From: Veleropilina oligotropha
Taxonomy: Eukaryota
Length of the DNA stretch: 64,000 nt
Assembly: GCA_048128005.1 (NCBI GenBank)
Contig: JBEUKZ010000019.1
Coordinates: 186,001-250,000, forward strand
Direction of reading: 5' to 3'
The notes beneath the pieces were generated by a model, which saw only the letters and a list, made by a program, of their open reading frames with translations, ran no database searches and was not told where the DNA came from. The position numbers were made by a program, and so were the translations under genes. Of this stretch, positions 10,954 through 23,000 are shown piece after piece (within the stretch, counting starts at the first letter, position 1; each line of letters opens with the position of its first letter).

Positions 10954-11312
10954 GCAGCATCTACGGGACCCTCCCCCTACCCCTGCTTGCAGATGAGCCC
11001 TCTTCCCCCCCGACCCGGTGGCACTTTGTCCTTAATTGTGGGGTAGCGCCCAATAAGGGGCTGGCGAGGAGGGAGTTCATGATCCCTAACACTGGAGGTC
11101 GATTTGGGTTGAACCTAGCCCTTCTAATGATCCACCTGACGCCGGTCCAGCCGGCCGGGGGCCCCAAAGCATGTTCCATCAGTAAGCTTGGCCTGAATTC
11201 GGACTGGTTGACCCTCGCCTTTGCCATCAAGGCCCCGTGGGTCGGCACTCTGTATTTGAACGTTACGGCAGACAAGGGGAATCAACCGGCGGAACAATAC
11301 AGCCACGTATAG
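10950..11312 (+). CDS. Hypothetical 120-aa viral protein
   Basis: ATGA overlap with the penton stop; diverged in-frame homolog at 34934-35296. Confidence 0.7.
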   Translation: MSSIYGTLPLPLLADEPSSPPTRWHFVLNCGVAPNKGLARREFMIPNTGGRFGLNLALLMIHLTPVQPAGGPKACSISKLGLNSDWLTLAFAIKAPWVGTLYLNVTADKGNQPAEQYSHV

Positions 11313-11945
11313 ATGGACAACACACCCTCAGCGCCAATGCTGTACCCACAGCTTGGTGGCGATGGGATTTCGGAACTGCATGAGGCACAGTCCTTCCGAC
11401 TACAGAAAGTGAATGAGCTTCAGGGACAATTAGAACGAGAGAGGGACACACGGGCTGCATTATATAAAAAGTACCGACGAGGTGTTAACGTCGTTGACGG
11501 GATAGATAACGGGCTAGTCGTCGCGACCCTTGGTATGGGTAGCGCTGGAATTGGACTACTTTCCACAATCGTTGCGGCCCCAGTGGTCCTAGTGCTGGAA
11601 TTAGCGGCATTGGGTTGTGGGCTCGCCAGCATGGGTGGAAAATATATCAGCCGCCGCCTCCAGGTTAAGGCTAAGAAACACGACGAGATTCGAGTCCTGG
11701 CCGACAGCAAGCTGAATACCATAACCGACCACGTCTCAAAGGCCTTAGCGGACGGGGTGATGTCTGATGATGAATTCCAACTGGTCACAGGGGAGATGGA
11801 GAAATACCAAGCCATGAAGGCATCAATCCGGGATAAGAGTAGGAAGGCGCACACCGCGATTTCACAGACCCAAAGCGAGCTTATTGAGCGTGGTCGTAAA
11901 GAGGGTCGCGCAGAGCTGCTGAAAAAAATCGGAGCTGGCGACTAA
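11313..11945 (+). CDS. 210-aa helical membrane protein with N-terminal PSAP and LYPxL motifs
   Basis: MDNTPSAPMLYPQL, coiled coil, long hydrophobic hairpin; conserved in copy 2. Confidence 0.8.
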   Translation: MDNTPSAPMLYPQLGGDGISELHEAQSFRLQKVNELQGQLERERDTRAALYKKYRRGVNVVDGIDNGLVVATLGMGSAGIGLLSTIVAAPVVLVLELAALGCGLASMGGKYISRRLQVKAKKHDEIRVLADSKLNTITDHVSKALADGVMSDDEFQLVTGEMEKYQAMKASIRDKSRKAHTAISQTQSELIERGRKEGRAELLKKIGAGD

Positions 11946-12027
11946 CTATCCAGGTTGAGCGTAGCCACGACTACCCCGCTCCTCCCCCGTATTAAAGCTA
12001 GAAATCAACAGTGATATCTGGACAACC

Positions 12028-12432
12028 ATGAAATCCATGAAATCTATGCTACTGTGCATTGTCGCGGTGTGCTGGCTAGGGGGTGTCTCTACCCAGGCGT
12101 CGAGACACGACACTGCATTAATTCTGGAACATACGTGGGCTATGTACCGAAATCATCCCAGGTATAACGCCCGATTTGACCCCTTGCGTAGAAACTTGCT
12201 TCTTCGCCCGGATAGAGACCCCACCCCTGATGTCTCCCCACCGTCATGTCACTATTTTATTATCGGAGAAAATGACTGTAGCCCTGCCACACCCCCAGAT
12301 ACTGTCACATGTGTCCAGTGTTCGACCCCCTCCTTATGTCCTGGCAAGAATGGGGAGTATTATACCATGCTGTCTGGCTGCTTCGGTGTGTGGAGAAAGA
12401 TCGGGCACATCTCGCCCTGTAATTGCACTTGA
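12028..12432 (+). CDS. Secreted cysteine-rich peptide precursor (signal, pro-like region, 8-Cys domain)
   Basis: Signal-like [19 protein letters not shown]; the 8-Cys framework is shared with 33785-34222. Confidence 0.78.
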   Translation: MKSMKSMLLCIVAVCWLGGVSTQASRHDTALILEHTWAMYRNHPRYNARFDPLRRNLLLRPDRDPTPDVSPPSCHYFIIGENDCSPATPPDTVTCVQCSTPSLCPGKNGEYYTMLSGCFGVWRKIGHISPCNCT

Positions 12433-12819
12433 ATATCGGGCAACTATATATTCATATAAAACAGCTGCTTGGGAAATCTCTTGCCTTACACTATGTCACA
12501 GCTGTTTATATAAATATTTTTCAGGTCGACGAGAGCGACCTATTGTCCGATTTATGAATGAAATACCTCGCATCAATAGATATTGTTGGATTAGGCGAAT
12601 CGCATACTTTTCAGATCGATCCATTGTCCGATTTATGAATGAAATACCTCGCAGTACCGAGTCGACCCAGATATAAAATTTTCTGGCTCAGTGAAGAAAG
12701 ATTGACCCAGAAAATGTTTTCTTGTAACCACACTTCCGTTTAGCACAGAAAACATTTTCTTGTAACCTTGTTTATGTAGTTACAGTATTTTGGTCGAGTC
12801 ATTCGTCACGTGGCAATAC

Positions 12820-13035
12820 AGCCTTCTAGAATGAACAGAGATTCGTCAGAAGTTATATGAAGCTGTATATAGGGGATGGGTACGTTCTACAGCCTTCTAG
12901 AATGAACAGAGATCGTCAGAAGTTATATGGGAATGTGTACGTGGAAAGCTTCTAGAAAGAACAGATATCGTCAGAAGTTATATATGGGAATGTGGCAATA
13001 AACTGATCTAGAAGGCCGTAGAATGCACAGAGAAA
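12820..13035 (+). repeat. 3-4 imperfect direct repeats (AGCCTTCTAGAATGAACAGAGATCGTCAGAAGTTATAT)
   Basis: Visible repeats upstream of ORF 13074 in the copy-1-specific region. Confidence 0.7.
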
Positions 13036-13073
13036 CTATATAAGCTCCCCATAACGTATCGAGTCACATACAA

Positions 13074-13361
13074 ATGGATAGCATTACAAGAAAACTACCT
13101 AATTTGACAATGGACCGACAACGTGGTTTTGTCGAGAACTTTCTGTATGAAGAAGCCGCCGATAATCAGGTATCGAAAAATGCGACAAGACTGGAACTGG
13201 CCCGAACCAAAAACCATAGGGACAAATTATATCAAAATATGAAAATCACTAAGTGGAGAATGAAAAAGATGCTCGAAAAACTCCGTGAGCTTGAAATTGC
13301 CCATGATGCAGCAGCCGCAGATGTACGCAGGCTGCAAAACCTACTGAAGGACGACGAATAG
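13074..13361 (+). CDS. Hypothetical 95-aa coiled-coil protein (copy-1-specific)
   Basis: ATG ORF preceded by CTATATAA; heptad-like C-terminus; decayed partial duplicate at ~13525-13595. Confidence 0.45.
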   Translation: MDSITRKLPNLTMDRQRGFVENFLYEEAADNQVSKNATRLELARTKNHRDKLYQNMKITKWRMKKMLEKLRELEIAHDAAAADVRRLQNLLKDDE

Positions 13362-13855
13362 GCAAACGTAACAACAGAACTAGGCACCCGACACACCACC
13401 ATAACTTGGTCAGTCGGGGCCATCAGTATCTGGTAGATACTCTGACGAGGCCTCACAGGCCGAAATGGCTGATGACCAAGATATTGGCTTGAAAAAATCT
13501 GTTTTGACGACTTGGCTGCAGGTGCAGAGACTTGAACTGGCTATAGCCAAAAACCGCAGGGACACTAAGTACCAAAACATGATAAAAACTAAAGAGGATC
13601 CGAACTATCCACAGGTAAGCGTTTTAATTTAAATGACACCTGCTGCTACTCTAGTGCACGCTATTGTGCGAGCCTAGCCGCTCGCTTTTGTATTCATGGA
13701 GTTATTGCTATTCATTGACTCGATGAGCTATTGCCGTCCATTCATAACCGCATAAGTCGTCCTATATTTTCCTGTTGTCATACCGTTGTTATGCTACTAT
13801 GCCCTAGTCTAAACTCCCCTGCTGACTAGTCCGAGCTACCCTGAGTTCTGAAATA

Positions 13856-14006
13856 GTGCTGGGAGCCGTATTTTCCCATTCTAAAAAGTCCAATCACCCC
13901 CCCTGCTGCTGAGTTGAGATCCATATTAATTCTGAAAAGGTGCTGGGAGCCTTAATTTCCCTCGCCGCGCCCCCACATAAAAGGTATGGTCACCCCCCCT
14001 GCTGCT
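13856..14006. repeat. Terminal inverted repeat of copy 1
   Basis: Near-identical to 48446-48595 and to the reverse complement of 31909-32059. Confidence 0.92.
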
Positions 14007-16909
14007 TCATTAGTGAACGGCAGTCTTTTGCCAAGATCCATAGACCCATATTTCACGAGGGCTATGCCGACAACAAATTTATCTTACTTCAATAAAATAA
14101 AATCATGCCTTTTGAGCAAGTTTCTATTCCAACTTCGTTTCTAATATTCTATTGTTGTTATTAAAAAAACGCATTCCTAAAATTATGATTTCAGCTCAGC
14201 CGAAGATCATGTGTAAAACTTCATGTTCAATATAAAAAATATTTCTTTCGTTATAACTGTGATGTTTAGCAGGATTGGCATGATTATTGAAAAACACACA
14301 AAGTAAGTTTGTGGCAAATACATGCATACCAATATACATTATATAAAATATTGAAGATATTCTGACGCGCCCATTAGAATGTAATAATAATGCCTAGCAA
14401 CCGTCACTCTCCAGGCAGAGAAATTAAGAATACTCCGTACAGTACGGTAGATAAATGACGTCTCTCCGCAGGAGAATAATAGGAAGCTGAAGTAAATACC
14501 AAAATTAACTAAATAAGGATAATTGAATATTTTATTTTACATGAAAATGTCAAAAGTGTAAACCGTTACGAATATAAAATGAAGTTGATGCATAATTTTC
14601 GAAACTATGTATGATTCCATGACTTAACATTTGTATTGATGTTTTGGCAGACGACATGTTCACAATTATCTCCCTTGTCTTCGAGGGCGCTCCGAAGCCC
14701 CAAACGAAGAGTTAGACGCACAAGGTTTTCAATGTTTAGGACTGGAGTAAGGTAAATACGAATCTAGAATTAAAGAACTGATGCTGAGCTGACCCACATA
14801 TACAAGTCTCAAGGATTCACATCAAGATTGATGTATTGCCAAATTTTTAAGACATTAGTATTTTTACAAAGAAAAATAAGGATTGGCTTAAGGAAAACAG
14901 CCAAGAAATTTAGGAAATACAGAGACAAAGAGATCAGCACAGCAGAGAAACCTGGCCCAGATATCTTGACAGTAAATGGCAACTCAAATTCCTTCAAGCG
15001 CCGCACAATGGCGAGTTCTATCATGATGTCGCGTAAATAATTTGATTAATGAAATGAAGTGACGTTGTGTGAATTGAAAAAGACATAAATCTTATCGAGC
15101 CACCCAGGCATCGAACTCGATCTCTGACTTTGTCGTTCTGCGTCAAAACCACTACTGTACATCCCAGATAGATAATTATTATTATAATTAATACATTTAT
15201 AATGCGCCTATTCTAGTGAAGCTCTAAGCGCATACCATGAAGTGAAGATTAGATTGGCCAAAACAGCGACATCGGCAGGTTGTACAAATGTGTATGGTAA
15301 AGCATCAATCTGTGATTGTGAAATTAGTTATTTCCAATGTTTACATTCAACCACATGTCAAATAATTATTTATATATTAACATTATATAAAGTTAAATGT
15401 GTTTTATTTAACATAAGAGAAGACATTTTCTCAAGGATTAAATAAAGACGTATTTACAAATTCTTTTACTACTACGATTTACTAAAGAAGTGGTGTACAA
15501 GTCTAACTTATGACAGAAAATGACTCCCACATATAATAAATGATTACTACTGACAATTACTGAATAAATGCTGTATTATTTACAGTTCTTTATCAATAAC
15601 TTGGAACAATTTGACAAATAATAAAAACAGATACCGAATCTTAATTGAACATCATGATTTTACAATAATATGAAACATATCACGCCATGGTATTTTTTTA
15701 TAGTTCCACGTTTACTGGCGAACTTAGGAAATCGGAAAAGTAGATACAGAGAAACAGCCATGAAAAGACGGCCAGACATACATAAAATTGACCCAATTAC
15801 AATACCATTCACTCACCACTACGCGAGCGAGGGTCAAGAAAAAGAGTGAATAAAACCCAAACATACTACATGTACTTGAAGGTAAATTATTAACATATTA
15901 CGCACCGAATATCTTAAAATGCACTCCAAACACCCAGTTTATTTGTAAATGAAACTATGTCCAAGAGCAAATAATCCTACATGTGTAAACAAGATGGATG
16001 CGGGCACGCGTGAAGAAAGACCGTTTCAATTTTTTGCGATGATCTACCGCTTATTAAAATGGAATATTTAATTTAGCCGCAAGAAAATGTTAAATAAATA
16101 TCGACTAAATAAATGTGTGTGGGAGGGAGTCGCTTGTTAGAAAGGTCAACAGTCCGAATATAATGCATTTTGTTGATGCTAACCGACACCGATGCGGATG
16201 GCAACATAAACAATAGCACGTGTCGACGTACGAACACATACACAGAAACACAACTGGGTCAATTGACGTCATGGAACTCGCACAGATTAAAGTAGTGCCA
16301 TCACCAGTGGCAGAGATCGATGTAGCATGGCATGAAGATTGTCAATACGCCTTATTGTGTGAATTCGTTGTTAGGATCAATGCATGGCCGGAGGTAATTG
16401 CTAGTTTATAAAAAATATCATAACTTATGGACATAGAAACTTTTACCAACAATGTACAGGAGTGAAAATTTCACAACAGTCGTATATTATCATTGAATAT
16501 TGAGCATAAAACACTACATTTAATATTGTTAAAAAACAAAACATATCTCATTTTATCAATTCTTTGACTTCATATAGATTAGAGTAAGGACACTTTTATA
16601 TTGTAATAATTGACAATGATTAATCTTAAAAGCAAGCAATATATGCATGCGATCATGTTTACACAAAATACCTTCAATACTCAATTTTGTAATGCAATTA
16701 ATTTACAACCAGATGTAATATTATCAGGTACATTATCAGGTAAATTACAAAACAAGCTATTTTTATACTTGATTTCAACACACTCTTCGAAAACAAGTCG
16801 CATAGATACTGTACAGATTTGACAGAGTAATATGGACATACAGTGATACATGCACACATTGAAACACAGTATATTGTAGATGCAAATGAATGAAACATAT
16901 CATGCTGTC

Positions 16910-17014
16910 TCAATCGACTGGGTGAACTTGAAGGGTGATCTTCTGCTGGTTTTCTAAACACTCGTGCAGCTTGTTTTCTGTCATAGTCAGCCTTTTTTCC
17001 AACAATGAGACAGT
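16910..17014 (-). CDS. POC1: POC1 last coding exon ([34 protein letters not shown])
   Basis: ttttag acceptor, Poc1 coiled coil, TGA stop. Confidence 0.92.
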   Translation of the reverse strand, partial: TVSLLEKRLTMTENKLHECLENQQKITLQVHPVD

Positions 17015-20000
17015 CTAAAACATATAGAATTACCATCATCAAATACTCGATCATATTATTGCAAAATCTTGTTCAACACAATATCAAAACTTGCTGATAT
17101 ATAGAACTATTTGCATTTAACATCTAAACTACAGAATTTGTGAGCATTGTGTTCACAATTTGTGAGCATTGTGTACACATTAAATGACAATTATTTGAAA
17201 TTATAACGGGAAATTAACCATGCCAAAAATATTTTAAATACAACATGTTAAAACGTAACTATCTTCCAGAATAATGAATTTTATTCGGAATCAGCATTTC
17301 AAAAAACCTATTAGGATTTATCTTTACAAAAATCCCAACTACAACAGAAGTGTAGCATGTCATGACTGACACCAAGCTGCAAGACATTCTACGTCTCGTG
17401 ATTTAATAAAGACATTCTACGTCTCGTGATTTAATAAAGACATTCTACGTCTCATGATTTAATAAAGACATTCCATGATTATCATTGGGCCTATTTGTAG
17501 CTTTCACATCCATACGTGGCCACATGATATAGCTGTGAAGGCTTAAAGCCTTGAAGGGACATGACTCGGCACCAACCTGTGTCAGCACATCTAGTTGGTC
17601 GACGATTTGCTCCAACGTGTGCCTGATCTGAGAATTCTGGGACTTTACTTCTAGTGGCTGTGTCACCGAGACTGGTCGATTTTCCTGCATAAAGTCACGA
17701 ACAGCTTTATCTAAAGACGTAACCTCAACGTTGGTCTCAGGAATACCATTCTGTCGTGACGGCTGTCAAAGGAAATAATACTGTAATTAGAAGTGCGTAA
17801 AGGTTAAATGGCACAGTCTGCTGTCTTATGACAATTGTTGTGGTGTAGAGTTATTAGACAAGAATATAACTCTCAGTGATCAATGGCATGTCACATTGTT
17901 CAAATGGACAGAGTTACAATTCTATATTTCATAATTGCAACTATTATTATTCATAAAATTAAATATATCTGAATAAAGATATGTTACACATTGGATCTTA
18001 CACAACAGCGAGGATCTATATATTATTATAGAAAATTCAGTTTTATAATCGCAAAAGACAATGAGCCACGCTTTCAATGTCGGTACTAACACAGTACAAA
18101 TACGGACTTCGTATCTATTATATGTCAACATCTTTACAATAATATAGAAACAATGTTCAGATATTGCATCTAACATTGACTAGAATTGCTGTGACAATAT
18201 TGGACGACATCAGTGATTAGCATTTTATACATATACGTATAATAATTGAGGTTATGTCCATTAGACATAATTCCACTGACCTGTGTGGAGGCAAATGCAG
18301 TCGGCCCCACCTCTGTGACCCTTGGGTCCGGCTCTGACATGCTCATCAACTTTGACCGGGCATCAATCTGAAATACAAACAAAGGCAGGGAACGTGCAGC
18401 TTGAATATTGCAACGCACATTTTGCAGATTGGGTCATGTTTTACAACAGACTACATTGCTACCTACCAAGACAATGTGTCTTGGTAAATATTATTGCAAG
18501 AACCAATGGGATTGTCCCTTGCGACTGAGCAAGTATCATATAATTTGGTGTCATTGAATGTCCTGGTAACTATGTTTTAGTTGAAAATGAATATATACCC
18601 TGTCAGGTCACACTTGTACAAATATTTATCTTCCCAAATTAGATCAGTGAGTTGTATATAAACCAATCAAACAAACATCTACGCTAAAACATTTTTGTGT
18701 AAATCTCTTGCTGACATACAAACCTCTTTTGATCATTGTTGCAAAATTAGTTATACTTATATACATCTTGTTTCATTTCCTGTTAAATAAAAACACACCT
18801 TTGATGAAGGCATAACTTTTTGAGATTTCGGTGGGATGTCATGCACTGTCGGCTGTTCATTACTACTACGTTGCTTATGAGACTGCAGTACTTCGTTAAA
18901 ATCCATCTGATCAAAGTTGCTCTTCCAAACCAAAACCTGAAAGAAAACAGACAAATAACTTGCCATTGAACATCGTGAACTACAAGTATGTAAAGTAAAC
19001 TACTCCAGAAATCAGCACCCCCGAAATAATGAAAGTTTGAATGATGAAACAAATGGATACAGACTGCAAATGGAATGAAGTTTTATGGGAAAAGTTCTTT
19101 GCAAATATACATTTCATTTACATGCTAAATCTTTCAATTGGACAGAAATATATTTTAATAATAACTGTTAGCACTTTCAGCATACAATTTAAATATATGT
19201 GTATACAAATAAACTTTTACAAATAAGAACATGTGATGAATATTATTACCTGTTCGTCGCTGCCGCCGGATGAGAAATATTCACCAGATGATGAAAAGGC
19301 TACAGCCGTTACAGGACCCTGAAAGAAGAACAAGAGCTAAAGCTCGAACTGGCTCACATGCATGGAACTGCGCATCAATCACTTACATTTCATGAGTATT
19401 GTATCTACATTCAATAGTAGATGACATTGTCAATTTGAAATAGACATATAAAGCATATATAACAAGTCAAAATTTGCTATTTATATGCAAAATTTCAATT
19501 AAAATTCCTTTCAATATTTCACCTCTAGGGTTAGATGACAATGAAATAGTGATATCTGACAAAGGAAGATGCCAAAGTATGCCTATTGTAGCATATATAG
19601 CATGCTTGAGAAACTTTAACGAAAATTTGTAAGTCCAAAAGCAGCATTTTATGGTAAAATTTGATTTAAACTAGACTTATCACAGAAGTGACCATATGCC
19701 CCCACAAAAGCACATGCCCCATGAACAGTCTGTCACAGTGACCTACTTTTGGTACCCGACACACCTTTGGGATATTAAGCATGCACATATCACGATTCGT
19801 GTTCCTCAGTCAAATATTATGGGAGATATGGAGGTGAGGGAGGAATGATGCTTAATGTCCTGTATATTTACAACATTGAGGTTCAAGGCAGGACATGTCC
19901 GTGTTATCGCGGGAGGAAACCCCGGTCGCCCGGGTAAACCCGCCCTCTTCGGCCAGTCACGGACAACTGTGATTCATAAATTGAACAAATTTCAATGCCT

Positions 20001-23000
20001 AAGCCAGGTATTGAACCCACTACTGTTCGCATTAGTGGAATCAAGCCAGTGAATATTAGAGTGGACACTCTACCCACTGCGCTTCCGAAGCGGCCCTAGA
20101 TATGGAGGTGAAGGGAATTTTGGACTGAATGCGGTCAAGCGTGGAAAGTAGGTCACGGTGACTTATTTTTGGTACGCAACACATCTTTACGATATGACGC
20201 ATCCACACATCAAGTTTCGTGTCCCAAGTATGTCAAATAGCATGGGAGATATGGAGCGGAAGGGAATTATGGACCAAACGCAGTCAAAGGTCGTCGTGAC
20301 CTACTTTTGGTGCACGGCACACCTTTGGGTTAAGATGCATGCACACATCAAGTTTCGTGGCCCTCGGTCAAATAGTATGGGAGATATGGAGCGGAAGGGA
20401 ATTTTGGACCAAGTGCGATCAAGTCTGAAAAGTGGGTCGCGGTGACCTAGTTTCGGTACGCAACACACCTTTGAGTTATGATGCATCCACACATCAAGTT
20501 TCGTGTCCCTAGACGAAATATTATCGGATATTATGGAGCCGAGGGGAAATTGCAACAGGCCGACCGACAGACAGACAAGCTGACTCCTATATGCTGCCCC
20601 ATAAACTTCGTTTGTGGGGGGCATAATTATCTGGTCAGATAACAATGAAATAGTGATATTCAGCATCTAGTAATGCTAAAACATGAATATTGTTGCTTAT
20701 ACAGCATGATTGAGAAACTTTAACCAAAAACTTTAACTTTAAGTCCATAAGCAGCATTTAATGGCGAAATTCGAAGGAAATTACCTTCAATATTATTTAT
20801 TTAGTGTGAGGTTAGGATGAAATAGTGATATCTAGTATATAGAGATGTTAAAACATGCATATTGTTGCTTATACAGCATGAGTGAGAAACTTGAACCAAA
20901 ATCTTTAACCCGAGAACCAATGGTTGACGCCGGTCGGACGGACGAACGGCCAGACGACATGCTCATTACATAGATTCGCATTTGCGTTGCATGCGAGCCA
21001 AAAATCACTCTGCATGCATTTAAATGGTTCTGCTTGAAATTTCTAACAAAATGGTTTCAATTCAAGGTTGATGGGTATATTTTTGTCAGAACATCACATG
21101 AGAGAATCAAGGCTAAAGATTGGCTGTTTTTATTTGGTCATTGCCATGAAATACTATTATACTAGTATAGTTTGCTAACACTGATTGTGTGTATGTGGCA
21201 GCGCATATAAAATTCATGGTCATTTTCAGATGAGGAAAAAGGAAGCGCCAGCGATGTCAAACATTTATATAATACATAATTAGTGTCACATACTTGATGG
21301 CCGTGCAGCGTGTAGAATAACCGCCCTTCCAGCAGATCGTAGACTTTGAGCGTGGCGTCATCAGAGCCTGATAACAGGTAGTTTCCACTGGCATGGAATG
21401 AGAGACTGTTGACAGATGCAGAATGCGCTGAAATTAATGAATTATCATATAATTTTTAACACTGCTACATTAAGCCTTCAGAATTATTTTAAGATTTCCA
21501 AAATGTTCTAGGATGATATCACAAAATTAATCCAGTATTCATAATCATATAGACACTGAGCCTAGTAGGAAAATACTTTTCATACTGTATGTTAGTATCA
21601 TGAGGTGATTCATTGGCTATACGAATATATATATGTATCAAAATATAGATTGAAGATAAGTTTCCTGAAGCAACACGGTTCATTTAAATGGAACAAAACG
21701 ATGATGGATCAAGCATCTCACATGTAGGACACTGCAGGCATTCATGTAAATAACTCAACAAGTACTTTAACATAAGATTTTGAGTTACCATACCCCTCTC
21801 CAATCAAATGAAAAGAAATAAGTTATAGAATTCACTCCTCATGAATTAATCAAATATCCTAGATATTCGTTAGTTTACTGATAAAAAGTTGGTTCATTCT
21901 ACTCAATTGTTTATAACTGTCAAAAAAGCAATGTGTATTAAGGCTGGATGCATCCATATTAATGTTTCATGACACATTTTCAGTCACTTCACATTTGGAA
22001 CCCCTGTTTAACGTCTCAATTTGATCAAATTATTTTATATACCACACTTTTTCTGTTTCTGGCATGGATTCCTATCCAAGTTGTGCAACTTAGGTAATAT
22101 GACGCGATCAATGTGATTTGCCTGTACATAAAGAAAGATGATTGGCTACTTTGTTTTATGACCACTTTCGGCAATTTTTCAGCCTTATAACAGTCGGCAC
22201 ACCTGGTTTAAGGTCTCACTCCGATTTGACAGACATACATTAGGGATATGCCATTTATTGTATCCCCAAAATTTAACATTTAGGGGATAGTATGCTTTAG
22301 TCATCGTTCAGCCGCCGCCGCAGAGATTTCTTGAGCGAGCTCTACAGTGAAAGGTTCTAATAAGATTTGATTCAAATTTGGTATGCACGTCAGTTATGAT
22401 GAGGACATTTTCAGATCCAAGATGGCCGCCATATGGTTAGGAGAAATTTCTTGTGTGCGCTCTACAGTGAAAAGTTATTATCCGATTTGATTCATACTTG
22501 GTATGCAGCCGTGGTACAGTGGTAGATGCACTGGCCTCTCACTCGAGAGGTTTGGGGTTCAACCCCGATCCCGGCGAATTTCCTTGGGCAAGGAATTTAG
22601 CATATATGTGCCTCGGTTTCACCCAGCCGATCTGAGATCTGAGTGGGTACCTGGTTGGCAGTGACGAAAATTGTCATTACGTCAGACTAGTCTGATGCGC
22701 CTATAAATGGCAGCTCTGCTGTAATACTCTCAGAGAGAGTTGAGAAGGAATATTGAATGAACAGGCCAAAAACCAGGGTAATAATAATGCACTTTGAGCA
22801 TGCCCCTTCGTGGTGTGGATTTATATAGCGCTATATAAATGTCCTCATTATTATTATTACTAGCAATGGTACCCGTCTTCGCCGGGTAAGTCCCCCCAGC
22901 CCCAATTTTTTTTTTTTTTTTTTGGATAGTGCTCCCTTTTTTTTTATTTTTTTTTTTCTCGATTATATTAAAAATGATAGTAAATTTTTTTTTTTTTCGC

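Larger units (their letters stand above)
1..14006 (+). mobile_element. Polinton/Maverick-like endogenous virus, copy 1 (left end outside the window)
   Basis: Same gene set and order as 31909-48595, inverted. Ends in the same TIR (...GGTCACCCCCCCTGCTGCT at 14006), followed by AT-rich host DNA starting TCATT. Confidence 0.93.

Noticed and set aside
14007..16900. Short ORFs between copy 1 and the POC1 3' end
   Set aside because: AT-rich with no recognisable motifs or consistent exon structure.
22508..22580. tRNA gene
   Set aside because: A/B boxes are present, but the sequence continues into a SINE body and (ATT)n tail without a clean cloverleaf.
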